A stretch of 63,747 nucleotides of DNA, filler included. It is 10 parts of 10 records of this genome, joined end to end, with 100 filler letters (N's around TTAATTAATTAA, not from the genome) between each part and the next. Parts side by side here need not be neighbours in the genome. Positions count along the whole stretch, not along the records: positions 32,009 to 38,108 come from SRR31147125_85416; positions 38,209 to 45,105 come from SRR31147125_85470; 8 more parts are not named here. One strand, written 5' to 3'. This document shows positions 32,556 to 41,704 of the stretch, in pieces. The translations under genes and the position numbers were made by a program. Below the pieces are notes generated by a model, which saw nothing but the letters and a program-made list of their open reading frames with translations, was not told the DNA's origin and made no database searches. Position 1 is the stretch's first letter; the number at the start of each line of letters is the position of its first letter.

Positions 32556-32908
32556 TGGGAAAGGGGACGATCATCTCCGGTGGTGCCGGTGGGAAATATA
32601 CCGTCCGGATCAATTACGATCGGACACAATACGACAATACCATGGCCGCATTGGATACTCTGATCGATGATACACTTGCGGAGATGAAGGAAAAGCAGGA
32701 AGAGATCGAGGACAAACTGATCGAGATATCAGACTTGATCGAAGAGGCGCATCAAGCGGCAGTCGATGCAATTGGAGAGGACCCATATACGGATCCGCAG
32801 CCGGTGACAGACCCGGAACCGGATGAAGATCCGGAAGAAGAATCAGACCCCACGGACACAGATACAGAAACCGGTACCGGGTCCATTGCCGGTACCGTAA
32901 CGGATTGA
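32555..32908 (+). CDS. Putative tail protein N-terminal part: beta head, coiled coil, acidic Pro/Thr linker and terminal strand GSIAGTVTD
   Basis: 117 aa; heptad segment MAALDTLIDDTLAEMKEKQEEIEDKLIEISDLIEE; linker PQPVTDPEPDEDPEEESDPTDTDTETG; ends TGA TGA. Confidence 0.6.
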   Translation: MGKGTIISGGAGGKYTVRINYDRTQYDNTMAALDTLIDDTLAEMKEKQEEIEDKLIEISDLIEEAHQAAVDAIGEDPYTDPQPVTDPEPDEDPEEESDPTDTDTETGTGSIAGTVTD

Positions 32909-32917
32909 TGAGGAATT

Positions 32918-33226
32918 ATGGCAGCATTAGAAAACGTCCAGGTCACAGCCTATCGATATAAAACCTTCACCGGCGGCGGGCAGTGGGTGGTTGCCGGAAC
33001 GGCAGTCACGGCAGCCGACGGTACCTATACAATATCCGGATTGCCCGCCGGGAATTACAAGCTTCGGTTTCTCCATCCGGATGGAACCTACATCACAGAG
33101 TACTGGACGGGGCACTCATCTTTGAGCGAGGCCACGGAGTTTACCCTGGCCGACTCCCAGGTCATGACCGGGAAAGATGCGGGAATGGCATCTGCTGCAT
33201 CCATTTCTGGCACAGTGACAGGATGA
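32918..33226 (+). CDS. Stand-alone circularly permuted CnaB/carboxypeptidase-regulatory-like beta-sandwich
   Basis: LENVQVTAY...W...TAADGTYTISGLPAGNYKLRF is a typical CarboxypepD_reg/CnaB-type repeat. The usual first strand (SISGTVT) is at the C-terminus. Own RBS GAGGA; ends TGA TGA. Confidence 0.7.
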   Translation: MAALENVQVTAYRYKTFTGGGQWVVAGTAVTAADGTYTISGLPAGNYKLRFLHPDGTYITEYWTGHSSLSEATEFTLADSQVMTGKDAGMASAASISGTVTG

Positions 33227-33230
33227 TGAA

Positions 33231-34808
33231 ATGGGCTTGAAAGAAGATTTTGACAATGCATTCAAGGAAGAGCTGAACAAGCGAGCGGATAAGATCGGTG
33301 AGCTTGAAGCGGCGATCATGTTTCTTGAGGGGCAGATCAATATCCTCCATGCTCAGGTGCTTACCTACGTCAAGAAAAAGGATTATATCGATGCCAACAC
33401 TCCGGATGATTTCAATCTTGCAAATGTTTGGTGTGCCGATCTGAGTGAAAGTCTGACGGGTGAGGTGGGAACCATCGAGATTCCCGGTGAGGTGGGCGTA
33501 GTTCAGATTCAACCTAACGGTCCCACCGGAGATGCGGCTGTATATGATGGAGAGCGAGATGGACAGTTAACTCCCACCGTCACCATGACACCTGCCCAGG
33601 CGTTTTATAATTTGGCGATTCTTCCGGGATGGCAAAAATGGAATCCCCTTTATCGCCATGGAATTATCACCGGGATCGATACGGATGCCGACACGGCAAC
33701 GGTGGAGTTATCCGAATGCATTTCAAGCCAGGGGGGTCTGGATGTGCGATTCCCGGATCCGGATCCGTTGACCGATGTGCCCATCTCGTACATGACATGC
33801 AACAGCAACGCATTCCAAGTGGGGGATGAGGTGCTGGTGAAATTCGGGGAGTCCTTTGGGCAAAGCCCATCGGTTATTGGATTCAAGGAAAACCCACGCC
33901 TCTGTTCCGACGGCGATCTGCTTTTTATCTGCCAGAATGCCATGGATTACACCATATGGGGATTCACGGAAAACTATATTTGGACACAGTTGCCGGAGCT
34001 CCCCATCAGTGGCGTTCCTTATTGGGTATCACTGGCGTGGGATGGCTCGCACTATTTTGTTCAGACATTTGATCCTATGCGGGTTTGGAAACTCGATACA
34101 ACGACTTTGCAGTGGGAGGAATTTTTTACATTCAATTTCCCAGATCAATATTCCAGTGCCACCTATTTCATCCAGGCGACATTTATTCGTTTTTTGGGGG
34201 ACGATACCGTTTATCTGAGGCCATATGTCAATCACGATACCGAGAGGGATCTATGGGGACTCAATCTTCAAACCGGAGAGTGGGCACTTGAAGCGCAATT
34301 TCAGGATTCCGGAGGGCGCAACTCCGGTAATGCGCAATATTTTTACTGGCATTGGCCAGCCTGGGACGGCACCTATCTGAAAATGATCTGGCATGACTAT
34401 TCTGTCTATGGGGACTATCCGTTTTGGTCCCGCTACGGAAACAACGGCGTTTCATATCCGGGTTCCCTGTTGGCACCGGGGCTGTTTGTTCAGCCGGGAC
34501 GGATTTTGTACGCCAACGGTGAAACCTATGCGGAGGGGGCGGATCATTCGATTTTGAAAAATAACGGTGACCAGTCCGTGATCAGAAAATATCACAGCCC
34601 CGGGTTCCATTGGAGCAGACAGGCCATTTCGACCGGAGAGGATTTTATCTGTAAAAACGAGGATGACCAAACCGTCTGGCGGTTCGATGGCGCAGATTGG
34701 GAACAGGTCGCTGACAGTCCCGGCTTTTATTGGCGTGACCCGAAATATGTCGGAGAGCTGAACATAGACACCGGCCTTCCGGCAGTCGACACATTTACGA
34801 TTACATAG
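33231..34808 (+). CDS. Putative tail tip protein: coiled coil, OB-like region and aromatic beta-rich C-terminal domain
   Basis: 525 aa; N-terminal heptads; GIITGID...ATVEL...VPISY...FQVGDEVLVKF...PSVIGF resembles a spike OB fold; Trp/Tyr-rich repeats (LAWDG, VWKLD, VWRFDGADW) suggest a beta-propeller. Confidence 0.55.
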   Translation: MGLKEDFDNAFKEELNKRADKIGELEAAIMFLEGQINILHAQVLTYVKKKDYIDANTPDDFNLANVWCADLSESLTGEVGTIEIPGEVGVVQIQPNGPTGDAAVYDGERDGQLTPTVTMTPAQAFYNLAILPGWQKWNPLYRHGIITGIDTDADTATVELSECISSQGGLDVRFPDPDPLTDVPISYMTCNSNAFQVGDEVLVKFGESFGQSPSVIGFKENPRLCSDGDLLFICQNAMDYTIWGFTENYIWTQLPELPISGVPYWVSLAWDGSHYFVQTFDPMRVWKLDTTTLQWEEFFTFNFPDQYSSATYFIQATFIRFLGDDTVYLRPYVNHDTERDLWGLNLQTGEWALEAQFQDSGGRNSGNAQYFYWHWPAWDGTYLKMIWHDYSVYGDYPFWSRYGNNGVSYPGSLLAPGLFVQPGRILYANGETYAEGADHSILKNNGDQSVIRKYHSPGFHWSRQAISTGEDFICKNEDDQTVWRFDGADWEQVADSPGFYWRDPKYVGELNIDTGLPAVDTFTIT

Positions 34809-34819
34809 ATGAGGACATT

Positions 34820-35203
34820 ATGGCAATTTATGCAAACGACAGCGTGATGGACGGCGCACTGGACGTCATCGCTACTGCAAATCAGATGGATGTAACTAGT
34901 GACGTGTCGACACCGACAAACCTGGATAATTCTCTTGCCGATACCAGCCTGACGCCGGGGAACGGGAACGGGGATTTTACCATATCAAATGGAGATACTT
35001 CCGGAAGGAAGATAACCGTTGCCCAGCAAACCGACGTTGATATCTCCCTTCCGTCCGGAAGCGGGGTGGCCCGGCACATTGTGCTGAGTCTCAACGGGAC
35101 AATTCTTTATTCAACAACTTGTGCAGAGCAAACGCTATATGCCGGTGGCAAGGTTACCATTCCGGCATTTTCAGATGAAATAGGCGATCCGGTGGGAGTG
35201 TAA
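34820..35203 (+). CDS. Hypothetical phage virion protein
   Basis: 127 aa, GAGGA RBS; DFTISNGDTSGRKITVA...EIGDP resembles small siphovirus tail-region proteins from memory. Confidence 0.55.
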   Translation: MAIYANDSVMDGALDVIATANQMDVTSDVSTPTNLDNSLADTSLTPGNGNGDFTISNGDTSGRKITVAQQTDVDISLPSGSGVARHIVLSLNGTILYSTTCAEQTLYAGGKVTIPAFSDEIGDPVGV

Positions 35204-35207
35204 TGTA

Positions 35208-36434
35208 ATGGCCTATATCCAACGCAAATATGATTTTGCCAGCGCCGCAGGCTCCAACAATGCGGAAAAAACCGCGTCCATCATTTTTGATGCTATTGAG
35301 GCCATGGGGTTTGAGCTGCATGATCAGATATCCACCTATGAACGGGTTTATAAAACTCAGGGAGAGGCAGAAACCGGCCACTATTCATACTTCTGGATAG
35401 ATGGGGATAGCAACTCGTCATATATCTATTTCAAAACATATGGAGCCTGGGACGCAACAACGCACACAGGATATTTTCCGTCTCAGCAGTTAAACCGTAG
35501 CGCTGGGGCACCCACATATCTGGTTATTGTTGGCAACGCCGATTTCATGACGTATTTCATTGATTCCGGCTCTAATGTTTATTTGCAAAGTGGGTTTGGA
35601 CGTGTTCCGAATATCTATTACAACCCTGTAGCTACTCTGTCCGGTGGGGTGACGTCCGGCAGTGACAAAACATTGACGGTAAATAGTACGGCAGATTTTT
35701 TTGCCGATACAAAATACTGTATTGTCGATCAAGCCAACGGCGTCATTGAAATGTGTACAGTGACGGCTATTAACGGCGATACGTCCATGACCGTTGATTC
35801 GCTTTCAAACAGCTATGCGGCAGGCTCATTGATAGGCATTTCTCCGTTCCACTTCTCTTTTATAATCAGTGCCTCAAATCTGTATTATTGCTGCGGCCTG
35901 GCCACTTCGTCCACAAACAATAAGATCATTCCACTGGAAGAAATCACTTCAACGATCAGCACGACCACACCCTTTCAAACGCCGGTTTTCTGCAATGTAT
36001 GTGCTGATGTCCGAACTGAAACCGCCATGTATGCCAATACAGTGGAAACAAAGTTCGGAAATTTCGAGCAGACCGGCGAGACATTCCCCCCAATGGTTTG
36101 GGCACCGTCATCCGTCAGTGAAGAGACTTTGTTCGCAATAAAGATGGCCATACCGATTACCGGGATCGCATCCAGTTCGACAGCAACAACCCTTACCGAC
36201 AATACAAAGTCATGGACCACAGATGAACACCAGGGAAAGATCGTTGCAATAACCGGAGGGGCCGGAGAGGGGCAGTTAAGGCAGATTGTGTCGAACACTG
36301 CGACGACATTGACGGTTTCCGATGATTACACCATAGGCGTTACCTCGTGCTCATATGAAATTATTGAAGTCGCATATAATCGAATCGCTACGTCAGGCAA
36401 TATTTTATATCGCGTAACAAACATGGATCTGTGA
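35208..36434 (+). CDS. Putative tail fibre/receptor-binding protein, paralog A
   Basis: 408 aa, Thr/Ser-rich, carries the KSWT...GQLRQIVSNTATTLTV module; GGGAG RBS. Confidence 0.55.
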   Translation: MAYIQRKYDFASAAGSNNAEKTASIIFDAIEAMGFELHDQISTYERVYKTQGEAETGHYSYFWIDGDSNSSYIYFKTYGAWDATTHTGYFPSQQLNRSAGAPTYLVIVGNADFMTYFIDSGSNVYLQSGFGRVPNIYYNPVATLSGGVTSGSDKTLTVNSTADFFADTKYCIVDQANGVIEMCTVTAINGDTSMTVDSLSNSYAAGSLIGISPFHFSFIISASNLYYCCGLATSSTNNKIIPLEEITSTISTTTPFQTPVFCNVCADVRTETAMYANTVETKFGNFEQTGETFPPMVWAPSSVSEETLFAIKMAIPITGIASSSTATTLTDNTKSWTTDEHQGKIVAITGGAGEGQLRQIVSNTATTLTVSDDYTIGVTSCSYEIIEVAYNRIATSGNILYRVTNMDL

Positions 36435-36437
36435 AAA

Positions 36438-37811
36438 ATGTATATCCAAAAACAGACTCAACCCATAAGCACGGCACAGACTGCAGCCGGAGCAGAGAGC
36501 AGACTTGCATTTTTTCATACTCATTTACTGTCCGCCGGTTATACACTCCACGACACGGACACCTATGGATATTACGTTTATAAAACAAACGGCAATAATT
36601 CAGATCGACCGGATGTATATGTCAATGTTCAAGCCGTTAACTCCACAAGCGACCCCATTGTCCGTGCGGAGTTGTCGGATAGTAGCGGGACAACACAGCC
36701 ATATCACGTTAGCCTTGTATTTCACGGCAGGTGGGACGCATCCACACATTCGGGAGACTTTACCTGCGACAAGGTTGTGGAGTTGCCGATAGTGTGGCCA
36801 TACGCCGTTTTTATATCAAAGGATTTTATTTTCGCAGTAGCACAACAAGAGAACGCATACGGATTTAATTCTCACATGCGGGGAGCCTCATATTGCCTTG
36901 ATTTGCCATACAATCCAAAGGCAGTTTTAGCCTCCGGCATTTCACCGGGAAGCGCCGTCACTGTTGATGTGGATTCCACAGACGGCTTTTTGACGGGCAG
37001 TAGATATTATCTGTTCGATTCGTCAACCGGCGCATATTGTGAGGCCACGATCTCATCAATCATTTCAGGTACCCAATTGGTTTTGGATTCCGTTACAGGC
37101 TCGTTCACTTCCGGGGCTGTATTGGCATTGTTTCTATTTGATTTTTTCGGTGTATATCCATACTCCAGCATCAATGCACCTGGCGAAATAATCCATTACC
37201 CAAATGCGTCAAAGCCCTCAGATGTGGATATCTATTCGTATTTATACGGAGAAATAACGACCAACCCCATGGGCATTTTTCAATCTCGAGTCGTGGGATA
37301 CATCTCAATACTATGTCAATGGGAGCTGGATTATTACCCGGATATCTATTTGGATAATCATTTAAAAGAACCTGACGCAATGATTCCCATCGGATCCATG
37401 CAATGTGATGACATAAAAGATGTCCCCATATTTGGGGTATCCGGCGCAGATGCCCAAGATGAATTTTTATGCCTCCACAATTCTCCGCGTGAGATGGGAT
37501 TGTGGGAGTCCGGCGGATCAAAGGCGTCAAACACCGTCACAATAAAGGGCAAGTCGTGGACAATAAATCAGTGGGCAGATCACATCCTTTGTGTGATCTC
37601 CGGTACCGGACGGTTTCAATTTAGATCCATTCAATCCAACACCGCCGACACCATCACCGTTAAAGATGATTTTTATAAATCGTTGGCAGGGGATTCTGTG
37701 ATCGAAATTTTCAAAAAAGTCGTTTGGTCTGCAGGGATCGATTCCGGAGATGAATTGGGGTTCGGCATTCAGTGCCATAACGGACCTGATGAGGCAATCC
37801 AATGGTCATAA
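36438..37811 (+). CDS. Putative tail fibre/receptor-binding protein, paralog B
   Basis: 457 aa, same order of motifs as 35208-36434 (LHD..YKT.G, WDA.TH.G.F, V.ST..F, KSWT...R.I.SNTA.T.TV). Confidence 0.55.
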   Translation: MYIQKQTQPISTAQTAAGAESRLAFFHTHLLSAGYTLHDTDTYGYYVYKTNGNNSDRPDVYVNVQAVNSTSDPIVRAELSDSSGTTQPYHVSLVFHGRWDASTHSGDFTCDKVVELPIVWPYAVFISKDFIFAVAQQENAYGFNSHMRGASYCLDLPYNPKAVLASGISPGSAVTVDVDSTDGFLTGSRYYLFDSSTGAYCEATISSIISGTQLVLDSVTGSFTSGAVLALFLFDFFGVYPYSSINAPGEIIHYPNASKPSDVDIYSYLYGEITTNPMGIFQSRVVGYISILCQWELDYYPDIYLDNHLKEPDAMIPIGSMQCDDIKDVPIFGVSGADAQDEFLCLHNSPREMGLWESGGSKASNTVTIKGKSWTINQWADHILCVISGTGRFQFRSIQSNTADTITVKDDFYKSLAGDSVIEIFKKVVWSAGIDSGDELGFGIQCHNGPDEAIQWS

Positions 37812-37999
37812 CACGATTCACCTACGTATCAGGGTCAGACTTATACATGATGCGGACTGGATATATGCGGGTTTTATTTAGGACTCGGTTAATAGATATA
37901 TCACCAAAATCTTATCGAAATTTTTCAGTCCGAAAGAAGCATATTTTTTATTTTAATGATTACTTCGGCCGTCAGCGCTTAATCCTTAAGGGGAGATAA
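37802..37999 (+). CDS. Small basic hypothetical protein
   Basis: 65 aa filling the gap between two ORFs, GAGG upstream; no motif. Confidence 0.3.
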   Translation: MVITRFTYVSGSDLYMMRTGYMRVLFRTRLIDISPKSYRNFSVRKKHIFYFNDYFGRQRLILKGR

Positions 38000-38000
38000 C

Positions 38001-38108
38001 GTGGATCGATTTAAAGAGGCAGGCATTTTTTTGGATCAGTTAGTTTCATCATTTCGGCCGTTCACCCAGACAGTCGTGGCGTTTTTTATGGGCGTTGTGG
38101 CTCACATT
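38001..38108 (+). CDS. Possible holin-like membrane protein, 3' truncated
   Basis: GTG start after AAGGGGAG; MDRFKEAGIFLDQLVSSFRPFTQTVVAFFMGVVAHI with a hydrophobic segment; position after tail genes. Confidence 0.3.
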
Positions 38109-38208
38109 NNNNNNNNNNNNNNNNNNNNNNNNNNNNNNNNNNNNNNNNNNNNTTAATTAATTAANNNNNNNNNNNNNNNNNNNNNNNNNNNNNNNNNNNN
38201 NNNNNNNN

Positions 38209-38457
38209 CCCGCGGCCTTGAAGCAACGCCACGGGCTTACCAGCCTTGATCAACCGCACTTTTCCGTAGATCAGAAAATAGAGCCACGTATCGGCCGTAC
38301 CTTGCTCGAAGATGACTTCTCCCGGCGTGTACTGCCGGATTCTGCTCATGGACAACAAATTGAGGAGCTCTTCTTCCTGGAAGGGTTCAAAAATCGTTAA
38401 CTTCTTGATATCGTTAAGGACTCTGGTGTTTTGGGTTAAAAAGCTGGTCTCTTTCAT
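38209..38457 (-). CDS. Cyclic nucleotide-binding (Crp-like) domain protein, 3' truncated
   Basis: YTPGEVIFEQG...LYFLIYGKVRLIK cNMP-binding signature; ATG at 38457 after AAGGA. Confidence 0.8.
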
Positions 38458-38666
38458 GGTGATCCTTACTGGCTCCACCGCCCACCAACAACCGTGAAAC
38501 AGTGGTGCCGAAACAAAAAAGGGAAACGATATTTTTTTTTACAGGGCTTGTGCATTTTTTTGAACAGGCTGAATCGACCATCCAACTGATCAAAAGGCTA
38601 TGTGCTTGAATTTCAAGGCTCATTTCAATCCTATGAACATCCGCACCAAATCAAACAATCGAAGAT

Positions 38667-38682
38667 AGCAATTCACATGCCT
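38667..38682 (-). promoter_or_regulatory. Sigma54 (-24/-12) promoter candidate
   Basis: Minus strand AGGCATGTGAATTGCT gives exact GG-N10-GC spacing, upstream of the cNMP-domain gene. Confidence 0.5.
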
Positions 38683-38928
38683 ACTCCGAAAAACAATGTA
38701 CAATGGAAATCAAAAGGGAGAAAAAACACGCATACGTGAATGGCGGGAAGAAAATTAGGTCGTGCCCATCCATAAATGACCAAATGGCCCGAGCTCGGCG
38801 CCATATAAAACATTTATCATTGTGTTATCAGGCATATACACCCAAAGGGCACGTCCTCAGGGGGCGCCTCCGGCAATATTTTTCGAAAGCCTTGATCTCG
38901 ATCCAGTTGGCCTATTTCTGGACAGACA

Positions 38929-40001
38929 TCAGGTAGACGCATCGGAGCGGTGTTCCATTCTAGCAAACCAAGCCTTGATCACCGCATTGGCCAAGGTGGC
39001 CAGCGGAATGGCGAAAAAAGCCCCCAGAGTCCCCACAAACCGCCGAAAAGGAGGACTGCGACGACAATGGCCACCGGATGTAGGTTGACGACGCCGGAGA
39101 GCAGAAGTGGCGCCAGCAGATTACCATCAAGAACCTGGATCACCGCATAGGCAACCATGGCCGACGCGAATTCTCCGCTCCATCCAAACTGGATGAATGC
39201 AACCAGGGCCATGACAAACCCCATCACCGTCACCCCAATATAAGGGATAATCACCGAAAGCCCCACGAAAAGTGAGATCAATAGCGAGAATTGCAAATCA
39301 AGCACCCTGAACACGGTATAGCTGATTCCCCAGATGATCAGCAGTTCCCAGCCTTTGCCACGGATGTAATTGGTCACTTGATAATTGGCCTCCTGCCAGA
39401 CGGATTCGGTGAGGTCCATGTTGTCAGGCAGGAAGCGCTGCCCCCAGGCCAAAATCATCTGCTTGTCTTTGAGCAGGAAGAAGACCATGAAAGGCACCAG
39501 CACCAGATAGACCACCAAGTGGATGAGCCCGACCACCGAGGCCAATGACAGCGTCAACACCTGGCGGCCCAAGGTGGAGATACCGGTGTTGAGGAAACTG
39601 ATCAGCTCTTTTACTTGGCTTTCGGAAATCAGTTCCGGGTAACTGGTGGGCAACTGCAGCAGCTGATATTGCACCATGGAAAGCATGCCGGGCAACTGCT
39701 GCACCAACTGGCTGATCTGCTTTACGGTCAAGGGGATCAGCCACAGGGTCATGACAATCATGCCGAGCATGAACACCGTGAAGACGATCGATACTGCGGC
39801 CATTCGGGGAAGATGCGATCGCTGGAGTAAATCGACCATGCCGTCCAGCAAATAAGCGATAATGATGCTGATAAATACAGGCGTTAGCAGGTTTCCCAGG
39901 AAGTAGATCAATCCCGCTCCGGCCAGCAGCATGATGCCCAGAATCACCCGCTGGGGATCGGAAAAATGCCTGTCTTTCCACTGTCTGAACAGTTCGAACA
40001 T
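38929..40001 (-). CDS. AI-2E family transporter (PerM-like), frameshift near 39015
   Basis: LTPVFISIIIAYLL, YIRGK, IIPYIG, QVLDGNLLAPLL, LHPVAI. One extra T restores GLFFAIPLATL and moves the stop to 38929. Confidence 0.88.
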
Positions 40002-40119
40002 AATGGACTCGGAATACGTCGCCTGCTAATCGGTTATAAACGTGTCCCCAAGCAAGGGCGGTCGGGAATAATCATGCAAACGGATACAAAAAACGAGATG
40101 CCGTTTCGGGAAGAACATT

Positions 40120-40662
40120 TTAAAACCGGTAACCATACACCACCCCCAACGTATCCAGGCCCTCGTTGGGGGAGAACAGATACGCATTGGATATATGATC
40201 AAAGGCAAGCACGATCCGGTGGTGCCGGCTGAACACCCAGCCGATTTCAATGGGGACCCTGAACAGAACTTGCGAGCCCAGTGATTTGCGGTCGCTCCGA
40301 CTCGTATCACGCTTGCCGTCGTGCAGGGCCAGGCCCAAGCCGGTCGAGAACATGAGAGCCGAAACCGGTTCCCATTCCAGTCGAAAACCGCCAAAGACCT
40401 TGCTGGTGTCGCCCCGGGTATTGATCGTGACCCCGATAGTGGGATAGGCTGCGGCGAAAAGCAGATTAAACAACGACCGGTTGAAAATCACCTCGGCGCA
40501 AACGTCGGGTCCCTCCTCTTTTGAATCACCGCTCCACAGCCCATCCACATCGTGAGCTGCCACCCCGATCCGCATCTCTCTTACCGGGCCGGCAGGTGAT
40601 GGTCCGTCAAAGGCGCTTGCGCCACCAACCATGACGAGCATGAGGATCAAAAACCAAAGCAT
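40120..40662 (-). CDS. Lipid A 3-O-deacylase (PagL)/acyloxyacyl hydrolase family outer-membrane protein
   Basis: Signal-like MLWFLILMLVMVGGASA; LGSQVLFR, catalytic-type HISNA and NEGLD; terminal YGYRF. Start uncertain. Confidence 0.75.
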   Translation of the reverse strand: MLWFLILMLVMVGGASAFDGPSPAGPVREMRIGVAAHDVDGLWSGDSKEEGPDVCAEVIFNRSLFNLLFAAAYPTIGVTINTRGDTSKVFGGFRLEWEPVSALMFSTGLGLALHDGKRDTSRSDRKSLGSQVLFRVPIEIGWVFSRHHRIVLAFDHISNAYLFSPNEGLDTLGVVYGYRF

Positions 40663-40720
40663 GCCGCCAAACAAGCCAGGACACTCGCCACGATGCCGGC
40701 CGTCAACCCTACGGGACCGG

Positions 40721-41704
40721 CTATTGATCGCTACCCGGAGGCAACTCACACGTGTCTCCCCTAACCGATTTCTTTTCTTCCACATAATGGGCCGCCGCCA
40801 GGGCGGCCGTACAGCCGTCCGCCGCCGAAAGCACGATCTGGCGGGCAAACTTTTCCCGCAGGTCCCCGATGACGTAAATGCCCGGTGTGCGGGTCTCGCA
40901 CTTTTCATCGGCAACCACCATGCCGTCGGCGTTCATGCGGGTACCGGCGGGAACCAACTCACTGTTGGGGTTAAAACCGATAAAGATAAAAACACCGTCA
41001 ACGCATAGCTCTTGTGTGGCATCGGTCACCGTGTCTTTGAGGCTGACCCGCTCGACACCATCGCTGCCGGCCATGATCTGGGTGACCACGGTATTCCAGA
41101 GCATTTCGATGTTGCAGTCATTGAAAATACGCTGTTGGAGAATTTTGCTGGCCCTCAATTCATCCCGGCGATGAGCGATATACACTTTTTTGCAAAGCTT
41201 GGCCAAATACAGGGCCTCCTCGGCGGCGCTGTCACCACCACCGACCACCACCACTGTTTTGCCTCTGAAAAAAAAGCCGTCGCAGGTGGCGCAATACGAC
41301 ACTCCCTTGCCGTACAGATCCTGCTCACCGGGAACATTGAGCTTTTTCGGGTTTCCACCGGTGGCCAAAATGACGGCATGGGCCTTAAGCGTGTCCCCAT
41401 TGGCTAACCGTACCGTGTGATAATCCAGCCCCGGATCCAGGACGGTAACTTCCTGAGAGATCATTTCCAGATCGTACGATTGGGCATGCTCGGAAAACTT
41501 CATCGACAATTCAGCGCCGCTGATGTGGATGAAGCCAGGGTAGTTCTCCACCTCATCGCTCATGGTCACCTGCCCACCGGGAACCCCCTTTTCGATCAGC
41601 ACGGTCCTCAACGCCGCCCGCATGGCATAAATAGCAGCAGAGAGTCCGCCGGGTCCCCCACCGATGATTATCAAATCGAGTAATTCAGATGTCGCCATGG
41701 TCAC
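40721..41704 (-). CDS. trxB: Thioredoxin reductase
   Basis: [38 protein letters not shown]. Confidence 0.95.
   Translation of the reverse strand: MTMATSELLDLIIIGGGPGGLSAAIYAMRAALRTVLIEKGVPGGQVTMSDEVENYPGFIHISGAELSMKFSEHAQSYDLEMISQEVTVLDPGLDYHTVRLANGDTLKAHAVILATGGNPKKLNVPGEQDLYGKGVSYCATCDGFFFRGKTVVVVGGGDSAAEEALYLAKLCKKVYIAHRRDELRASKILQQRIFNDCNIEMLWNTVVTQIMAGSDGVERVSLKDTVTDATQELCVDGVFIFIGFNPNSELVPAGTRMNADGMVVADEKCETRTPGIYVIGDLREKFARQIVLSAADGCTAALAAAHYVEEKKSVRGDTCELPPGSDQ

Larger units (their letters stand above)
32009..38108 (+). mobile_element. Phage/prophage-like tail module (fragment)
   Basis: Tightly packed co-directional ORFs with no housekeeping motifs; Thr/Ser/Gly-rich beta proteins; tail-fibre-type repeat (TLTD..KSWT...GQLRQIVSNTATTLTV); ends in a small membrane ORF. 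No capsid, terminase or integrase within the contig. Confidence 0.7.

Noticed and set aside
32780-32880. Low-complexity repeats here and at 58600-58650 as possible arrays
   Set aside because: They encode Pro/Thr/acidic linkers and show no repeat-spacer structure.
33231-37811. Diversity-generating retroelement acting on the tail proteins
   Set aside because: No reverse transcriptase and no near-identical repeat pair differing at adenines was seen.
32009-38108. TGA reassignment (Trp, Gly or Sec) in the phage-like contig
   Set aside because: Trp is encoded by TGG throughout, long ORFs are intact in the standard code, the ORF at 32918 has its own RBS, and the 33224-33231 junction changes frame.
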